A stretch of 64,000 nucleotides of DNA, from positions 928,001 through 992,000 of the forward strand of contig CAXXVZ010000003.1 in NCBI GenBank assembly GCA_963678065.2. Reading direction: 5' to 3'. Under the pieces are notes generated by a model. It made no database searches and was not told the origin of the DNA. It saw nothing but the letters and a program-made list of their open reading frames with translations. Position numbers and translations under genes: made by a program. This DNA comes from Treponemataceae bacterium (GTDB lineage: Bacteria; Spirochaetota; Spirochaetia; Treponematales; Rectinemataceae). Positions 61,021-64,000 of the stretch are shown here, one piece after another. The first letter of the stretch is position 1; each line of letters starts with the position of its first letter.

Positions 61021-61554
61021 ATGGGATTGCTGGAAAAAACAGAGGATCTCCTGAACGCGAAACAGGACAGTGGAGGCCTCGCCGCCCGTGCCCGCTCCAT
61101 TCTCAGGAACAGACGCGAAGGCCGGCCTTTCAGGCGACACCAGCCGGATTCAGACGCGGCTGGGCTTGTCGCACCAGGAAGAGGAGAGGCCAAAGCCGAG
61201 GTCGGAGGAAAAAAACTCCAGGAGGATTTTCTCGCGGGCGTGGCTGCAACCGCACCCGACGCCTCCATCATGCTGGCCTATGACCTTGTCGATATCGTCG
61301 ACCCGGAACTCGTGGAAGAATCCGCCCGCAAGATAGTTGAAGGTCACGGAAAGGCCCAGAGGGTCGGCGCAACGACGCTCTGGGTGATTCTCTACCACAT
61401 GGAGAATGCGGACCCCGAGCTCACTCTCCTGCAGTTCGGGAAAGCCCTCGTCAGGACGTATGCGGAGACGCGGCTGCCACCGCCGGGCAAGGCCTTCCGG
61501 ATCGATCCCGCGGCAGGAATCGACGCGCAGGCGCTCGGAATTCCCCCTTTCTGA
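61021..61554 (+). CDS. Hypothetical protein
   Basis: ATG 1 nt after the previous stop. MGLLEKTEDLL...; fills the gap to the convergent gene. Confidence 0.65.
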   Translation: MGLLEKTEDLLNAKQDSGGLAARARSILRNRREGRPFRRHQPDSDAAGLVAPGRGEAKAEVGGKKLQEDFLAGVAATAPDASIMLAYDLVDIVDPELVEESARKIVEGHGKAQRVGATTLWVILYHMENADPELTLLQFGKALVRTYAETRLPPPGKAFRIDPAAGIDAQALGIPPF

Positions 61555-61606
61555 GCCGCGGACGGCGCACAGAACCCAAGAGATCGGGGCCGGAAGTCCG
61601 TCAATA

Positions 61607-63379
61607 TCAATAGAAGAAGTAAGCTCTCCCTGCTGTTATGCCGTACTTCGCCTTGACCCAGGCCTCAAGCCTGGAGGCGTGAGAGGCGAAGGAATCGCCG
61701 TATTTCAGCATGTAATTCTCGATGGGAAGCTTGAGCTCCGGATGCCGTTCGACGAGCCTCGCGGTCAGGGTCTTCTGGAAATACTCCTTGACCCGGTAGA
61801 CCGGCTGCTGCAGAAGGTAGGCCTGGAACTCGTTCGCCATGAGATAATCCGAGGCGGTATTGTAGTTCATCCAGCCGAAATACAGCTTCCAGAACCAGCG
61901 CTCCTCGGAGGACACCGAGGACCAGGCGTCCGTGACGAAATCCCGGTACTCTTTGTCGGCAAAAAACAGCGCGTGAGTCGATTCATGCGTGATGAATGTG
62001 GAGCGCAGGTAGGCTTCTGATTCCCGCGACACCGATATGAGGGCGCCGCGTCCGGCTTCGAACTGCCCCTTCCCTTTTTCGCGTATGACCTGTTTCTGGA
62101 CCAGGACGGACTCGAGCCTCTTCTCCTCCGGGTTGAGCGGGAAATCCGTTTTGGCCGCGAGGGAAAAGAACGAAGCCAGGTCCTCCGGACGGTAATCGTG
62201 GGCGTTCCAGCCGTGGAGCCCCGCGATTTCCATATCCCGTGCCAACTTGCCCGCGAAACCGCGCTTTTCCACGTAGAAGGCGAGTCTTTTCAAATAGCGG
62301 TCCTGTGTCGCGTAGTCCCGGAAATCGAACACCAGGACATCGGGCACAATGTCCCAGCGGAAGAGGTTGTAATCCGTGAGCTCTCCGCTCTCGAGGACGC
62401 TCGGGGAAGAGGCCAGAATCCTTCCGAGATCGGCGGCCTCGCACTCGGATGGATCGAGGGGGCTGGCGTAGACTGCCTGGATGCCGAGATTTTTCGGGAG
62501 GATGAGTTCGAGACTCTTGGGCTGCACTCCGAAAAGCGGAGAGGGAAGGTACACTAGTGCGCCCGTTTGCCGGGTCCGGAGCGATTTTGTGGCGCTGTCG
62601 GACTTGATTTTTATCACCTCGCCATCGCTTCCCGGGCCGTACCTGATGACGAGGGTCGGGCAGGAGGACTGGCTCTCCGATTCAGGGCTCTTCTTTCCTG
62701 AAAGGTTTTCCCCATTGTCCGAAGCGGCCTTGTTCGGCGCGGTCATGGCGGCGGCCGAATCGAAAGGGTCCTCTATGGTTATGACCGATGAGCTCGAGAG
62801 ATTTTCGTATTTGAAGCCGGAGGATACGCTGACCTCGCCATCGCTGGTCCGGAGGAAACCGCGGAACGCAGGTATCACCGCGACGCCCCGGATCGAGAAG
62901 ATCTGGTCGCTCGCCGGCCGTGTCGACCCGGGTTCGGGCTGGAGGATCAGCTCCAAAGAACTGAGTCGCCTGTCGGCGGCCAAGGGCAGGATCAGGTTCG
63001 TGATTCCATCGCCGAGGAGGAACTGCCCCGAGGACCATGCATCGCCTCCGCCGGAGCGGGATGACAGCATGAGCTGCACAATCGACCCGGGGACGAGACA
63101 GTCGACAGTTATGCGGAGGGAGCGACCGGCTCCCGCCCCGAGAGCTTTGCCAAGGATGTAGCGGTTGTTCCTGCGCGAACCAGTGTAAACACCTTCCGCT
63201 CCCGCGGGGAAACTGGCGGATTGATGGAACTGGAGTTTCTCGCCCGAGGAGCCTGTCCAGGCGAAGCCGCTCGCGGAGTCGGCCATGCAGGAGCACAGCC
63301 CGATGGAGGAGAAAACCGCGAGCGCGAGCGCGGTCAGCGTGCGCTTCCCGGGTCTGGAGAAGAACGAGTACAGGTCCAT
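61607..63379 (-). CDS. Putative lipoprotein with HEXXH metallopeptidase-like C-terminal domain
   Basis: Signal ending in GLCSC; ITHESTHALF (61973-61987) and downstream MANEFQAY. Confidence 0.75.
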   Translation of the reverse strand: MDLYSFFSRPGKRTLTALALAVFSSIGLCSCMADSASGFAWTGSSGEKLQFHQSASFPAGAEGVYTGSRRNNRYILGKALGAGAGRSLRITVDCLVPGSIVQLMLSSRSGGGDAWSSGQFLLGDGITNLILPLAADRRLSSLELILQPEPGSTRPASDQIFSIRGVAVIPAFRGFLRTSDGEVSVSSGFKYENLSSSSVITIEDPFDSAAAMTAPNKAASDNGENLSGKKSPESESQSSCPTLVIRYGPGSDGEVIKIKSDSATKSLRTRQTGALVYLPSPLFGVQPKSLELILPKNLGIQAVYASPLDPSECEAADLGRILASSPSVLESGELTDYNLFRWDIVPDVLVFDFRDYATQDRYLKRLAFYVEKRGFAGKLARDMEIAGLHGWNAHDYRPEDLASFFSLAAKTDFPLNPEEKRLESVLVQKQVIREKGKGQFEAGRGALISVSRESEAYLRSTFITHESTHALFFADKEYRDFVTDAWSSVSSEERWFWKLYFGWMNYNTASDYLMANEFQAYLLQQPVYRVKEYFQKTLTARLVERHPELKLPIENYMLKYGDSFASHASRLEAWVKAKYGITAGRAYFFY

Positions 63380-63391
63380 TCCCGCTCCGTC

Positions 63392-64000
63392 TCAGCGGAA
63401 GGCGACGAGGCTCTTGGCGATAAGTTCGGCAAGCCCCCGTTTCCGCGAGCGGCCGGATTCCCCCTCGTCAAGGATGAAATTCTCCCAGCAGCCGATGAAA
63501 TCTTCGGGAAGCCTCGGCAGCTGCCGCAACTGGCTGTTGATTTCACGGTGTGAGGGTTCGAATCGCCTGTTCGCCATGAACAGCGAGGCTGCGGCGAAGC
63601 GGAGGAAGCCAGCCGCGGAGACCGCATAGTAGAAATCATCCTCGCAGAGAATCGCTTCCCCGAGGTCGGAAAAATAGTGCTCCATCTTGGTCAGGAAGGT
63701 TTGTTGCATGACCGACCAGAAATCCTCTCCAAGGTGACCGAGGCGGGCCTGCGCCCCCTCGATCCAGGAAGTCCGCGCGAAGAGAATCCGCGCCGTCTGG
63801 AGGCGATACAAGGGATAAGTCCCGGAGTTTTTCAGAATCTTGAGGAAATCGAGGCTATGGTCGAGGAGTCGGTCGATCTCGGTAACTTTCTTGTATTCGA
63901 CCCGGACGGGGAGGCTCTCCAAGAAAAATCTGTCCTTGGTCTGCCCCTGGGCGCTCTCGAAGGCGCCGGGATTGCCGAAGGCGGCCTGCCTGAGCTCAGG
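63392..64000 (-). CDS. Hypothetical protein (possibly DUF4037/nucleotidyltransferase-associated), 5' end beyond the right edge
   Basis: The frame is open to the window end (PELRQAAFGNPGAFESAQGQTKDRFFLESLPVRVEYK...). Helical C-terminal LFMANRRFEP. Family assignment is from memory only. Confidence 0.65.
   Translation of the reverse strand, partial: PELRQAAFGNPGAFESAQGQTKDRFFLESLPVRVEYKKVTEIDRLLDHSLDFLKILKNSGTYPLYRLQTARILFARTSWIEGAQARLGHLGEDFWSVMQQTFLTKMEHYFSDLGEAILCEDDFYYAVSAAGFLRFAAASLFMANRRFEPSHREINSQLRQLPRLPEDFIGCWENFILDEGESGRSRKRGLAELIAKSLVAFR

Overview
GC-rich, mostly core-genome window that looks like a free-living spirochaete (Treponemataceae/Spirochaetaceae-like). The taxon is inferred from gene order such as tmk beside a TamB-like gene, lepB-lepB-hemW/smpB and gap-pgk...tpiA-secG. 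Contents from left to right: the 5' part (at least 1612 codons, no stop in the window, so absent from the ORF track) of a giant modular TamB/AsmA-like gene; tmk; yebC-ruvCAB-queA; murI-rsgA-mutS2; a UroD/MtaA-thioredoxin fusion; pdxY, hemW and two lepB; PEGA/FGE-smpB-rsmD; TPR-rlmN; mrfAB-like helicase/exonuclease; glgC; degP; map, nusB; a complete V/A-type ATPase operon; secG, tpiA; a cysK-cysE pair and a degenerate class C group II intron sitting between pgk and tpiA; gap; PBP1A; and several conserved hypotheticals. The most unusual structure is inside the TamB-like gene. A ~1.4 kb extremely G/A-rich (coding strand) module recurs almost identically 3186 bp away, while a homologous module of normal composition lies between the two copies. 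This suggests ongoing homogenisation or length tuning of a periplasm-spanning protein. No tRNA, rRNA or CRISPR array was seen. Many long ORFs in the track are antisense shadows. All comparisons and motif calls were made by eye.
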